Notes: a model not told the origin generated them from the letters alone. A stretch of DNA of 61,873 nt, filler included, from an uncultured virus (IMG/VR IMGVR_UViG_2049941000_000860) (12 parts of one record of this genome joined end to end with filler, not necessarily neighbours in it); one strand, 5' to 3'; shown: positions 9,717 to 21,364, counted from the whole stretch's first letter. A program made the numbers and translations.

Positions 9717-12700
9717 ATGCGCGATTTAAAGATTGCCCTCGGCCGCAGCGCCGACTCCCTGAAATGGACGAACAGCACGATCAGCTGGGAAAAGCTCTGC
9801 GAGAAGCTGAAGACCACGCTCAGGACGCGCGAGACGGTTGCAGAGTATCACGCCATGAGCCGGGACGATAAAGAGAAGGCAAAAGACATCGGCGGTTTTG
9901 TCGGCGGCAGCCTCAGGGACGGCAGACGCCTGGCAGAGAACGTGGAATGCCGGTCGCTGCTCACACTCGATTCCGACACCGCAGACATGGGGTTCCTGAA
10001 TAAGTTTCTCAGCCGGTGCGGTTATGCGGCGGCGGTTTATACCACCCACGGGCATACGCCCGAGGCTCCCCGGTACAGGANNNNNNNNNNNNNNNNNNNN
10101 NNNNNNNNNNNNNNNNNNNNNNNNNNNNNNNNNNNNNNNNNNNNNNNNNNNNNNNNNNNNNNNNNNNNNNNNNNNNNNNNNNNNNNNNNNNNNNNNNNNN
10201 NNNNNNNNNNNNNNNNNNNNNNNNNNNNNNNNNNNNNNNNNNNNNNNNNNNNNNNNNNNNNNNNNNNNNNNNNNNNNNNNNNNNNNNNNNGAAAAGGACA
10301 TCACCCCGGACTGCTATAACGCGGTCGCCAGATACTTTGCCGCTCAGTGGGGCATCGACCAGTTTGATATGTGCTCCTACAAGGTAAACCAGCTGATGTA
10401 CTGGCCTTCGACTCCGTCAGACGGCGAGTACATCTGTAAGGTGGTCGACGGACCGTTCCTGAACGCCATGGATTTCCTTGCCGCGTATCCGGATTGGCGC
10501 GACTGTTCCAAATTGCCGATCGCCAGCAAGGAAAAGCCGCTGCGGGCTTCCGACGGCAGAAAGCAGGAAGACCCGCTGACCAAAAGCGGCATTGTCGGTG
10601 CGTTCTGCCGCACCTACAGCATCCACGACGCGATCAAAAAGTACCTGTCAAGTGTATATTCGCCGTCTCTCAAGGAAGGCCGCTACGATTACATCCCCGG
10701 CGAGGGCACAGCAGGCGTCGTGATCTACGACGGTAAATTTGCCTACAGCCATCACGCGACTGACCCGGCTGGGGGCAAACTGCTGAACGCCTTCGACCTC
10801 GTCCGGCTGCACCGCTTTGGCGACGGGGAGGGCTCGTTCCAGCAGATGTGCGCGCTGGCCGAAGAGGATGAAGAGGTCTGCAAAGCGCTGCAGACGGAGC
10901 GGACGGCGAAGGCGCAGAAGGATTTCGAAGAAGTGTCTTCCTCATGGGAGGAGCCGATTCCCTTTGGCAAACATACTATTACCGCATTTCCCGTGGACGC
11001 GCTGCCTCCTGTTTTGGCAGACTACGTAAACGCCTACGCTGACAGCATTCAGGTACCACCCGACATGGTAGGCTGCAGCGTTCTTAGTGCAGTATCGGCA
11101 AGCATGAATGGCAAATACGAAATTCAGGCCAAGCCCGACTGGAAGGAGCCGCCACACTTGTATGAAGTTGTTATCGCGGCACCGTCCGAGAGAAAATCCG
11201 CTGCGCAGCACGGACCGGTAAGCCCGCTCAGCACTTACGAGAGCCGTTATAACCGGGAGCACGCCGCAGCGGTCGAAACGAGCCGCATGCACATGCGCAT
11301 TCTTGAACGCAGGNNNNNNNNNNNNNNNNNNNNNNNNNNNNNNNNNNNNNNNNNNNNNNNNNNNNNNNNNNNNNNNNNNNNNNNNNNNNNNNNNNNNNNN
11401 NNNNNNNNNNNNNNNNNNNNNNNNNNNNNNNNNNNNNNNNNNNNNNNNNNNNNNNNNNNNNNNNNNNNNNNNNNNNNNNNNNNNNNNNNNNNNNNNNNNN
11501 NNNNNNNNNNNNNNNNNNNNNNNNNNNNNNNNNNNNNNNNNNNNNNNNNNNNNNNNNNNNNNNNNNNNNNNNNNNNNNNNNNNNNNNNNNNNNNNNNNNN
11601 NNNNNNNNNNNNNNNNNNNNNNNNNNNNNNNNNNNNNNNNNNNNNNNNNNNNNNNNNNNNNNNNNNNNNNNNNNNNNNNNNNNNNNNNNNNNNNNNNNNN
11701 NNNNNNNNNNNNNNNNNNNNNNNNNNNNNNNNNNNNNNNNNNNNNNNNNNNNNNNNNNNNNNNNNNNNNNNNNNNNNNNNNNNNNNNNNNNNNNNNNNNN
11801 NNNNNNNNNNNNNNNNNNNNNNNNNNNNNNNNNNNNNNNNNNNNNNNNNNNNNNNNNNNNNNNNNNNNNNNNNNNNNNNNNNNNNNNNNNNNNNNNNNNN
11901 NNNNNNNATTATGCGACCCTCGCTCACGATTCTCATGATGGCGCAGCCTGAAGCCGTGTCCAGGGTCCTGAGCAACAAGACCTTCCGCGGCAGGGGCCTC
12001 ACCGCGCGTTTCCTCTACAGCATGCCCAAATCCATCGTCGGATCAAGGCAGTACCGGAGTACGCAGGTCCCGCCCGGCGTCTACGAAGCCTATGAGCGCC
12101 GTATCTTCAACCTGCTGGAAGATGAGTACTCGGAAAGGCCTGAGCTCATCACGTTGTCCCCTGAAGCGGACAGGCTGCTGGAAGCGTTCTCGGACGAGAT
12201 CGAAGGCAAGCTCGTGAAGGAGTACGCCGAAATCGCAGACTGGTGTGGCAAGCTGCCTGGCAATACGCTGCGTATTGCGGGGCTGCTGTGCAGGTCGTCT
12301 GTCGAGCGCTGCCATGACTTTCTCGATGTGCCCGAGCCGCTTGTGATCGATGGGCAGACAATGAAAAATGCCATCCGGCTGGGAAGGTACTTCCTGAACC
12401 ACGCCCAGGCTGTGTTCAACGTCCTGCCCGATAACGCCATGTTCCAGAACGCGCACAAGATTCTGAAGATGCTGCATGACAAGCGGCTGCAGGAGTTCAA
12501 CCGCAGGACGGCCATGCGCAACTGCCAGATGTTCAAGACTGTGGCTGAAATCCAGCCCGTCCTGGATTTCCTCGAGGACTACGGCTATATCACCACTGTC
12601 CAGCCCACGGCAAGCTATGGCAAGGGAAGACCGCCCATGCCGGCCTATCTCGTCAACCCCTGGGTCGAACACTACTATTGTCAGTTTGACATAACAAGCG

Positions 12701-12717
12701 TCGTCCGTTCCGAATGA
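9717..12717 (+). CDS. Primase-like N-terminus fused to a DUF3987/YfjI helicase-like domain (gapped)
   Basis: KDIGGFVGG, YTTHGHTPEAPRYR, YSHHATDP, FPVDALP, SERKSAA, GLTARFLY. Confidence 0.75.
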
Positions 12718-13002
12718 CACCCCAACACACAAAACCCTCTGTATTTTAGGGAGGTTTCAGTCTTTGGACAGTCCCGTCATTTATGTCATTACACATAGTC
12801 AGTCAAAAAAAGATAATAATTATTATTATNNNNNNNNNNGTGATCTCGCGTATGACATGGAACGCGATAAGGAAGACTTCCCCAGAAACAGTTCGTGCAA
12901 GTTCGACGACTGGCACGAGATCATTCTGGCGCATCTGTATCGTCACAACGCCTGCGATGAATGCCTGGAGACTTTTGAAGAATGCTGGGAGGAGTATGTC
13001 AG

Positions 13003-13132
13003 ATGCGAGAAAAGCAGATTGAGCAGAAACTGGTCCGGACGGTAAAAGACCTGGGCGGAATCTGTTCCAAACTGGTCTGCCCGGGGATGGACGGCATGCC
13101 GGACAGACTGGTGCTGCTGCCGGTAGGGCGCA
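13003..13132 (+). CDS. VRR-NUC nuclease (5' part)
   Basis: MREKQIEQKL...PGMDGMPDRLVLLP. Confidence 0.85.
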
Positions 13133-13318
13133 NNNNNNNNNNNNNNNNNNNNNNNNNNNNNNNNNNNNNNNNNNNNNNNNNNNNNNNNNNNNNNNNNNNN
13201 NNNNNNNNNNNNNNNNNNNNNNNNNNNNNNNNNNNNNNNNNNNNNNNNNNNNNNNNNNNNNNNNNNNNNNNNNNNNNNNNNNNNNNNNNNNNNNNNNNNN
13301 NNNNNNNNNNNNNNNNNN

Positions 13319-14322
13319 AGGCCAAACGTTTCAAGAGCCTTATGAAGGTGCGTCCCCGCGTGAAACGCATTGTCGGGCTAACGGGCACGCCCAGCAGCAA
13401 CGGGCTTATGGACCTCTTCGCGGAATTCAAACTGCTGGATATGGGTAAGCGGCTGGGGAGGTTCATCGGACAATACCGCAATGCTTTCTTCACGCCGGAT
13501 AAAACCAACGGCCAGATCGTGTACAGCTACAGGCCACTGCCCGGCGCGGAAGAGGAAATTTACCGCAGGATAGGGGATATCACGATCAGCATGAAGGCGT
13601 GCGGACAATTGCGGATGCCGGAACTCATCACCACGAATTATGAGGTCGAGATGTCCTATCCGGAGATAAGGCAGTACGTGAAAATGAAGCGTGAATTGAT
13701 GCTGTCTCTCCCGGACGGCGAGGTGACCGCAAGCAATGCTGCTGTGCTGACGGGAAAGCTCCTGCAGCTGTCGAGCGGCGCGATTTACGCGGACGACGGA
13801 AGCGTGATGTACCTTCACGACCGGAAGCTGGACGCGCTGNNNNNNNNNNNNNNNNNNNNNNNNNNNNNNNNNNNNNNNNNNNNNNNNNAGGACATCATCG
13901 AGGGCATGAATGGAAAGCCGCTGCTGGTAGCCTACTGGTTCAAGCATGATTACGACCGCATCGCCGCGCGGCTGACGAAACTGGGCATCGCCTGTGAACG
14001 GCTTGACTCCGAAGCATCGATGCAACGGTGGAACGCCGGGCAAATTCAGGTGGCGCTGGCGCATCCCGCTTCAACCGGCCACGGGCTTAACCTGCAGGCG
14101 GGCGGTAACACGATATGCTGGTTCACGCCCACCTGGTCGCTGGAACTGTATCAGCAGATGAACGCGCGGCTTTACCGGCAGGGGCAGACAGCCGATACGG
14201 TTGTGATCATGCACATTGTGACGAAAGACACTGTAGATTCGAGGGTGCTGAAGGCGCTGTCCGAGAAGGACAGAGTGCAAGAGGCGCTGATTGAAGCTGT
14301 GAAAGCGGAGGTGAAAGTGTAA
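13319..14322 (+). CDS. SNF2-family helicase (partial)
   Basis: GLTGTPSSNGL, GHGLNLQAGG, WSLELYQQMNARLYRQGQ. Confidence 0.9.
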
Positions 14323-14581
14323 TGGAAACCGAGAAAGCGATATTCAGGGATCTTTGGAATTACCTGAAAACATACGACAACCCGCCCACGATCCACAATC
14401 CCGGCTGCGAGGAATTCTGGCGCAAAGCCGGTGAGGATCTGATGGCGCTGATCCGCAAGTGGCACGAGCATCCGCTGGCAANNNNNNNNNNNNNNNNNNN
14501 NNNNNNNNNNNNNNNNNNNNNNNNNTTAATTAATTAANNNNNNNNNNNNNNNNNNNNNNNNNNNNNNNNNNNNNNNNNNNN

Positions 14582-15020
14582 AAGCACAGATCACGCAGGA
14601 ACCGGTGGAAATTTCCTGCGCCATCGGCGACGAAACCGTGGACGGGCTGCCCTACGAAGTGATCGTGGACATTGCCCGCAGATACATTGAAGCCTTAGGT
14701 GGATTTGAAAAGTTCGCTGAATGGGGACTGATCAGATGAAAACGGCAGCGGCTCTGAGAGAATGAGAGGCGCAGCCGAACGCATTGTCTCGGCCGCGCCC
14801 GAATNNNNNNNNNNAAGACCTCTCCAAAGCCGACGTGAGCGTGAACATCTATGCCTGGCTGAAAGCACAGATCACCGCAGAACCCGTGGAGATCTCCTGT
14901 GCCATCGGAGATGAGATTGTGGACGGGCTGCCATACGAAATGATCGTGAGAATAGCCCGCAGGTACATCGAACACGTCGGCGGATTTGAGAAGTTCGCCG
15001 AGTGGGGACTGATCAGATGA
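14582..15020 (+). CDS. metK: Phage S-adenosylmethionine synthetase C-terminus (two alleles: 14582-14739 and 14815-15020)
   Basis: DLSKADVSVNIYAWLKAQ...GGFEKFAEWGL; overlaps the fragment at 17537. Confidence 0.75.
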
Positions 15021-15109
15021 AAACGGCAGAGGCTCTGAGAGAATGAGAGGCGCAGCCGAACGCATTGTTTCGGCCGCGCCTGAATGTTTTTGCTCGTGAA
15101 GACTCACGA

Positions 15110-15523
15110 TTAATACGTCTGCGTAAGGCCCTGGTTCAATTGGGGATCTTTCACCAGATCTGTGCTTACGTACTGGCCGTCGTAGCTGAACAGCACCCGC
15201 CAGACCAGCGTGTTGTCCGTACTTTCAACGCCGCCGTCCCAGTATACGTAGATGCCTTCGTTGACCGGTTCGATGTAATAAGGCCAATAAATATTCTCGT
15301 CGTCGCAACTGCATTCCCAGAGGAATCTGCCGTCAGGAGATATTGCGGTCAGTACGGATGAATAGTAGCCTATTACGTAGAACACACCGTCAGCCTGCAC
15401 AGCGTAGGAGATGCCGGCGCCGACAGACTGCGCCTGCTCGTCGTTCAACTGCCATTGCATGCTTCCGTCGGGTCCGATGTTGTAGGCGGTAAATCCCTTG
15501 CCGCAGACAAACAGGACGAGCAC
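15110..15523 (-). CDS. Probable extracellular beta-propeller (PQQ-like) protein fragment; second allele at 17773-17874
   Basis: AYNIGPDGSMQWQ and TAISPDGRFLWE repeats; antisense moron directly after metK. Confidence 0.5.
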   Translation of the reverse strand: MLVLFVCGKGFTAYNIGPDGSMQWQLNDEQAQSVGAGISYAVQADGVFYVIGYYSSVLTAISPDGRFLWECSCDDENIYWPYYIEPVNEGIYVYWDGGVESTDNTLVWRVLFSYDGQYVSTDLVKDPQLNQGLTQTY

Positions 15524-15536
15524 NNNNNNNNNNGAA

Positions 15537-16055
15537 ATGAATAAGGCGCTGTTCGATTTACGAGCCAGACAGGAATCCGGTGAACACATGCCCTGCCCCA
15601 GGTGCGGCAGGGACACCATGAAACCCAAGCTGCACACCAACGCGCTGAGCCGGCATGCCGAGGGCATATACGTCTGCGATGAATGCGGCGCCTCCGAGGC
15701 TATGCTCGACTTCATGAACAACCCGCTGCCCACTGAGGATTGGGCAATATTAAACCCCCAGCAGCACAGCATGGATTTCCAAGATGTCCTCGGCGACGAA
15801 GCCTGGAGACAGATCCAAAAGGAACAGGCACAGATTCTGACAGAGCTTTTTCAACGCTGGCAGGCTGAAAACGTCGGCGCGGATTTTAAAGCGTACCGCC
15901 GGGAGGCGATGCGGCGCTGCCCCGGGCTCTCATTCCTTTTCGACAAGCCCTTCTCCGCTGTGTACAAGGTGGTCGAGGGCGACCTGATCCTGCGCTTCAA
16001 AAACACGGACGAAGGCGTAATGATCAGCAGGGACATCCTGCATTTCATGAAATAA
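15537..16055 (+). CDS. Hypothetical phage protein with Zn ribbon
   Basis: CPRCG...NALSR...CDECG. Confidence 0.65.
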   Translation: MNKALFDLRARQESGEHMPCPRCGRDTMKPKLHTNALSRHAEGIYVCDECGASEAMLDFMNNPLPTEDWAILNPQQHSMDFQDVLGDEAWRQIQKEQAQILTELFQRWQAENVGADFKAYRREAMRRCPGLSFLFDKPFSAVYKVVEGDLILRFKNTDEGVMISRDILHFMK

Positions 16056-16414
16056 GCTCCGGTTAAATTCAAAAGCGGCAAGGCGAAAAGCCCTGCCGTA
16101 TTTCTTTGCCCGCACGGGCTGCGACGTTGGCTCACGTTCGCTTTTGCCGCAGGCCCCGGGTGAGTGCCGCTGCCGATTCTGAAGCNNNNNNNNNNNNNNN
16201 NNNNNNNNNNNNNNNNNNNNNNNNNNNNNNNNNNNNNNNNNNNNNNNNNNNNNNNNNNNNNNNNNNNNNNNNNNNNNNNNNNNNNNNNNNNNNNNNNNNN
16301 NNNNNNNNNNNNNNNNNNNNNNNNNNNNNNNNNNNNNNNNNNNNNNNNNNNNNNNNNNNNNNNNNNNNNNNNNNNNNNNNNNNNNNNNNNNNNNNNNNNN
16401 NNNNNNNNNNNNNN

Positions 16415-17130
16415 CGATTTCGTAGATGTCCATGGCGTCAGCCTCAATGCCGTCGAGCCACAGGTCGTGCGCCACGTCATCCGCGTCGTCGACGCACCAG
16501 TGGGCGATGTCCTCATCGTTCATGTTTCCGTACACTTCGCCGAGCAGGAAACCCGGCAGGTCGAAGTCCTGATTGGAAAGCATAGTGTTTTTCATGGTGT
16601 GATTCCTCCTTATGAATTCCTTGAATTTACAGCGTGTAACCGTAGAGCGCAGCCATGTCGAGAACGTCGATTGTGTAGTCCTTTTCGGATCTGAAGGGGT
16701 CGCTGTCGTACAGTTCAACGCCGTCGATTTGGGAGAGGACGCAGTCTTCGATAAAACCGTTTCGGGCGTTACCGTCCGGGAAGGCAATCTGCCCGTCCTG
16801 TTCCAGTTCGCTTACGGCCGCCTCTATTTCAAAGCGGATGTCAGACTCGGTGACGGTGGCAATGTGCTTTTTCATGGTGGCACCTCCTGCATTTCAGAGC
16901 TTATCGCCGTTTTCGTCGAATGCGTAGTGAAGGCGTTCGGCGATGTCGGCCAGTGCGTCGACGAGTTCGAAGTAATCGGCCGGGCCGTTGATTTCTATGT
17001 CGTTGAATTCGGCAGTGCTGTAGATGGCGTTGAGGAACGCCCACTGCTCGAGTTCGTTGATGCTGTACCTGCGCTGCGGGGTATTGCCCTCCCTCCGGAC
17101 GGGCGTCATCAGGCAGCTGTCTTTGCTCAT
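16415..17130 (-). CDS. Cluster of three small acidic hypothetical genes (16894-17130, 16627-16875, 16415-16596)
   Basis: Consecutive ORFs each preceded by an RBS (GGAAAGGA, AGGAGG). Confidence 0.55.
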
Positions 17131-17536
17131 GGTGTTTTTCCTTTCCGGGCACGATGCNNNNNNNNNNNNNNNNNNNNNNNNNNNNNNNNNNNNNNNNNNN
17201 NNNNNNNNNNNNNNAAAGCTCATTCGGCGGTGATGCATTCGGTTTCGTCTTCGTTGATGAAAACGGCTTCGCCGTTCTCAATCCTGACGCTCCAAATTTC
17301 GCCGTTCAGGGCGTGCAGCGCGGTGGCNNNNNNNNNNACGGGACTTCCTGATCAGGCACGGCATCATCCATGAAGTACCTGATGCCGGGATGGAACCTGC
17401 CACAGACTGTGGAGAAGCATCAGAACGCGTCCCAAAGTCCATTAGTGATGTGGACAGCATCGAACTGAGCATTCCCTCGAACGACCTTACCGCACAGCAA
17501 CTGATCAACCTGATTCACATCCTGTANNNNNNNNNN

Positions 17537-17762
17537 GACCCTGGACCGGTGGCACTGACGTGGACACCGGCGCGGTGAACCGCAAGCTGGGCAGCGACAT
17601 GGGTGATTCTGTCACCGGCGGCGGCCTGCACGGCAAGGACCTGTCCAAGGCTGACGTGAGCGTGAACATCTACGCATGGCTCAAGGCACAGATCACGGAA
17701 GAACCCGTGGAAATCTCCTGCGCCATCGGAGATGAGATCGTGGACGGGCTGCCATACGAAAT
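17537..17762 (+). CDS. metK: Phage S-adenosylmethionine synthetase internal fragment
   Basis: DTGAVNRKLGSD...GGGLHGKDLSKADVS (MetK GGG...GKD-x2-K-x-D signature). Confidence 0.8.
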
Positions 17763-17974
17763 NNNNNNNNNNATTCAGTTGCCACTGCACGCTTCCGTCG
17801 GGACCAATGTTATAGGCTGTGAAACCCTTGCCGCAGACAAACAGGACGAGCACCGCATTGCTGTCGGTGTAGGTNNNNNNNNNNNNNNNNNNNNNNNNNN
17901 NNNNNNNNNNNNNNNNNNTTAATTAATTAANNNNNNNNNNNNNNNNNNNNNNNNNNNNNNNNNNNNNNNNNNNN

Positions 17975-18383
17975 GACGATAAAGTGGAAGTATGACGAGA
18001 TCTGGCCTAATGGCGATTGGCATGATTTTACTAAAACTGCCGAACCAGGTGTTTTAGCGCCGGAAGATTCCGCTTTCGCAAGATATACCAACACTAACTC
18101 TGGAAACGTGCCTTTGATAGTGATTTCATATGTGACTTTTGGCAATGGAGAACATTATTCCAGGTTTGAAGGATCGTTTACACCGGGCGAATCTCGTTCG
18201 CATGTTTGGGGTTCGGACCCGGTAACTGAACGTATGACACCCGGCACGGAGACGGAAGACTTGCTCGGCACCTTAACCGTCAGCTTCTACTGTGTTGGCT
18301 ATGCCCCAGAGACCTATGTAAATTCTGCGGATACTGGCCCTGAGCTCTGCCGCACGGAGACCATCACCCGCACCTGGAAGATC
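17975..18383 (+). CDS. Ig-like repeat domain of the surface protein (allele)
   Basis: NSGNVPL...MTPGTETEDLLGTLTVSFYCVGY. Confidence 0.6.
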
Positions 18384-18393
18384 NNNNNNNNNN

Positions 18394-18735
18394 CTGCAGG
18401 ACCTGCAGGCTTCCGGATATGATCTCGGAGCGACCGGGTTCGACGCAGCTGAGGTGGACGACCTGTTCTCCAAGGTGCATGACAAAGAAGTGCATGACGA
18501 CGACTGCGATATCGACCCGGAGGAGATCACTCCGTATGTACAGCCCGGAGATATATGGACACTGGGCAAACACCGCATGATGTGCGGGGACAGCACAGAC
18601 CCGGATGCGGTGGATATGCTCATGGATGGACTGAAGGCCAACCTGGTCGTGACAGATCCCCCGTACAATGTAGCATATGAGTCTGCCGACGGAAAGAGAA
18701 TCCAGAACGACAGCATGGCAGATGAGCAGTTTTAT
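18394..18735 (+). CDS. ParB-associated phage DNA (N4/N6) methyltransferase fragment
   Basis: GDIWTLGKHRMMCGDST...VTDPPYNV. Confidence 0.85.
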
Positions 18736-18745
18736 NNNNNNNNNN

Positions 18746-19227
18746 TGAAGCGTACGTTTTCCACGATCCCCAGGGCAACCCTCTGTCCCAGGCAACGTTC
18801 AAGCGCATGTGGTGCCGGATGATGGCGGACGCGCGGTGCGCGACGGTGCGGGACTACGACCCACATGCCGAGAAGAACTGGGACATCCTGAAACAGGTCA
18901 AGCCGACGCTGACGCCGCACTTCCTGCGTCACAATTACGTAACGCTCCTGTACGAAGCCGGCGTCGACCCGCTGATCGCGATGAAGATCGTCGGCCACAC
19001 GGACTACAAGACNNNNNNNNNNTACGCTGACGCCCCACTTTCTGCGGCACAATTACGTGACCCTTCTGTACGAAGCGGGCGTCGACCCGCTGATCGCGAT
19101 GAAGATCGTCGGCCACACAGACTACAAGACCACAGCGAACATCTACACGCACGTGCGGGACGAGATGCTGAAGAAGGCGACGGTGAACATGGGCGAGGTG
19201 TTTGGGAGCAGGGCAGAGAGTGGATAA
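18746..19227 (+). CDS. Tyrosine integrase C-terminus (two overlapping allele fragments)
   Basis: PHFLRHNY, IVGHTDYKTTANIYTH (catalytic His and Tyr), stop at 19227. Confidence 0.9.
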
Positions 19228-19304
19228 CAGAAGATATGGTAGGACCCTGGGCGGTGCCTGGGGCTCTTTTTCGTTATGTGCATTCTAAAACAGTTATTCT
19301 GTTC

Positions 19305-19333
19305 TTGACTTTTATGGGTTAAATCGATATAAT
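19305..19333 (+). promoter_or_regulatory. SigA promoter for the cargo gene
   Basis: TTGACT-17bp-TATAAT after the integrase terminator-like hairpin (~19241-19271). Confidence 0.7.
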
Positions 19334-19395
19334 TTAACATAGATTGGCAGTGCCTGAAACAAACTAGTGCAAAGGGAGCGAGAGGAGTTTAACTT

Positions 19396-19479
19396 ATGTA
19401 CGCTGTAATGCTGCCATCCTTCGCAAGCGAGCAATCAGGCGTAACTATGCCCATTTGTGCTATCAGGGAGAATTTGTAA
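19396..19479 (+). CDS. 27-aa leader/small ORF
   Basis: AGAGGAG RBS; MYAVMLPSFASEQSGVTMPICAIRENL*; terminator immediately after. Confidence 0.4.
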   Translation: MYAVMLPSFASEQSGVTMPICAIRENL

Positions 19480-19482
19480 CGC

Positions 19483-19509
19483 GGTACGTTTGCCGTGCCT
19501 TTTGTTTTT
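19483..19509 (+). terminator. Intrinsic terminator/attenuator in the leader
   Basis: GGTACG-TTTGC-CGTGCC followed by TTTTGTTTTT. Confidence 0.55.
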
Positions 19510-19541
19510 GGATCAAATCACCGAACGGGAGGATGATTGAT

Positions 19542-19952
19542 ATGACGTTCAAACGATTTATCGCCGTGGCGCTGTCTCTGCTATTGCTGCTAGGCGCGTT
19601 GCCGGAAATGCTTCCTGCGGCGCTGGCTACACCGTCCACCGACGGCTGTACCAAATCTTCAGACGGAAAACACGCCTGGTACCCGAGGCCCAGGGATCCG
19701 TGGTGCGAAATATCAGGCGGACTGGTCTATATCTGTTCCTACTGCAACAAACAAGTCTTTGAAGAAACCACGCCCGCGCTGGGGCATGACTGGGGTGCGT
19801 GGAAGACCATCACGGAAGCTTCCTGCACGAAGGAAGGACTCAAGGCCCGCTCCTGCAACCGCTGCGGCAAACGCGAAACAGAAAACATCGGTTATGCACA
19901 CCAGTACGGCCCATGGGAAACGGACATTCCCGGCACCTGCATCGCAAAGGAG
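19542..19952 (+). CDS. Secreted Cys/His-rich surface protein, N-terminus (allele 2)
   Basis: GGGAGG RBS, signal peptide MTFKRFIAVALSLLLLLGAL, PSTDGCT, PALGHDW repeats. Confidence 0.75.
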
Positions 19953-19962
19953 NNNNNNNNNN

Positions 19963-20500
19963 GTAAGCTTCAGGCTGGACAACCGGGCGCTGGCCGCAAA
20001 CGACAACAAAACGGGCTTCGTGCTGCGAATAAGCTGGGAGAACTATGTGCAGGGCTATAACACATCCAAGGAGGACGGCACCGGCAGGGAGATACTAAAG
20101 GAAGAGCATACGCTGATATACGACGGACAGACCTGGGAAACCTACGTAACGCTCATTCCGCTGGAGGATATCAGAGTAAACAAGTGGTACGGCTTCCAGA
20201 TCAACGGGCTGAACGCCACCGCGTTTTCAAATATCAGCTACGTGGGCGCGACCAACAGGGCCGTGTATTCCTATACGGAAAGCTCCACCAACTGCGGAGA
20301 CAAGACAACGCGCGAGATACGGTGCTACGGTACGAACCATCGCGCGATCATGCGCATCGATCCTGACTGCGACGTGGGCGACCTCACGCACATCGTGAAC
20401 GCGTCCGTCACCGCCTCGCTGTTCACCAACACATACGGCATCAGCGGCAAGGCCTACGCCTATTTGATCGATTATGTAAACATGGACGAGGGCGACAGAT
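19963..20500 (+). CDS. Hypothetical beta-rich protein fragment
   Basis: Open frame across the whole fragment; no recognised motif. Confidence 0.4.
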
Positions 20501-20510
20501 NNNNNNNNNN

Positions 20511-20672
20511 GCGTTCGTGCGAACGGACCCTGCCGGGAACCTGAAGATCGATAAGGAAAAATCCACAGAAAAAGTCGATGGAGCGGTCGCTTTGGTCATG
20601 GGATTGGACAGAGCCATGAAGAGTCAAGGTGGCGAATCCGTCTATAACAATCGTGGGTTTTTGGTGTTGTAG
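20511..20672 (+). CDS. Terminase large subunit C-terminus
   Basis: DPAGNLKIDKEKSTEKVDGAVALVMGLDRA...GFLVL*. Confidence 0.85.
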   Translation, partial: AFVRTDPAGNLKIDKEKSTEKVDGAVALVMGLDRAMKSQGGESVYNNRGFLVL

Positions 20673-20682
20673 GAGGAAAAAG

Positions 20683-21024
20683 ATGCCAAATAAACCGAGA
20701 CGACCCTGTCGTTATCCCGGATGCCCGGGTTTCTGTGAGCAGGGTCAGGTATTCTGCAAAGAGCACATGGCGTGGAGCAGCGACCGGATGCGCGGCGGAG
20801 CGGACGCACGGGGGTATGACGCCCGGTGGCGTACGGCCCGAAGACGATTCCTGCAGCTGCACCCGCTGTGCGTGGAGTGCATGAAGAAGAACAAACTGAC
20901 TCCTGCGACAGTGGTCGATCACATCATTCCGCACAGAGGAGACCAAGGTCTGTTTTGGGACGAAAACAACTGGCAGCCCCTTTGCAAGGACTGCCATGAC
21001 AGGAAAACGGGACAGGGAATGTAG
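20683..21024 (+). CDS. Packaging-associated HNH endonuclease (HK97 gp74-like)
   Basis: MPNKPRRPCRYPGC...VDHIIPHRGD...NWQPLCKDCHDRKT; AGGAGG RBS. Confidence 0.9.
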   Translation: MPNKPRRPCRYPGCPGFCEQGQVFCKEHMAWSSDRMRGGADARGYDARWRTARRRFLQLHPLCVECMKKNKLTPATVVDHIIPHRGDQGLFWDENNWQPLCKDCHDRKTGQGM

Positions 21025-21354
21025 TTATTCTACTTCTTTTGCAAGCAGCTTTATACTTTCCACAATCATTGACCAGGATATATCGCTGACATAAAAGGAA
21101 TCTGCCTTATAGTTTTCCCATTGCATTTGGATGATTGCGTCTGTTTCAAGGGTACGTAGGATTTTCCTAAGACCAGCAATCCGGCTGTCTGTATTACGGG
21201 CTTTGCTCGTTGCCGCCAATGCAGCTTTGACTACAGCAGCGTCATATCTGCCCTGCTGAATTACGAGAAAAATATCGTAAAAATCGCGCATTCTGGTGTT
21301 CGCAACGCCTCTTGCAATAATCGTTTCCAGCTTTTCAGCTAATGATGTTTCGAT
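21025..21354 (-). CDS. AbiEii/AbiGii nucleotidyltransferase toxin, C-terminal part
   Basis: LAEKLETII...TRMRDFYDI; continues the 23762-24265 fragment. Confidence 0.85.
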   Translation of the reverse strand: METSLAEKLETIIARGVANTRMRDFYDIFLVIQQGRYDAAVVKAALAATSKARNTDSRIAGLRKILRTLETDAIIQMQWENYKADSFYVSDISWSMIVESIKLLAKEVE

Positions 21355-21364
21355 NNNNNNNNNN

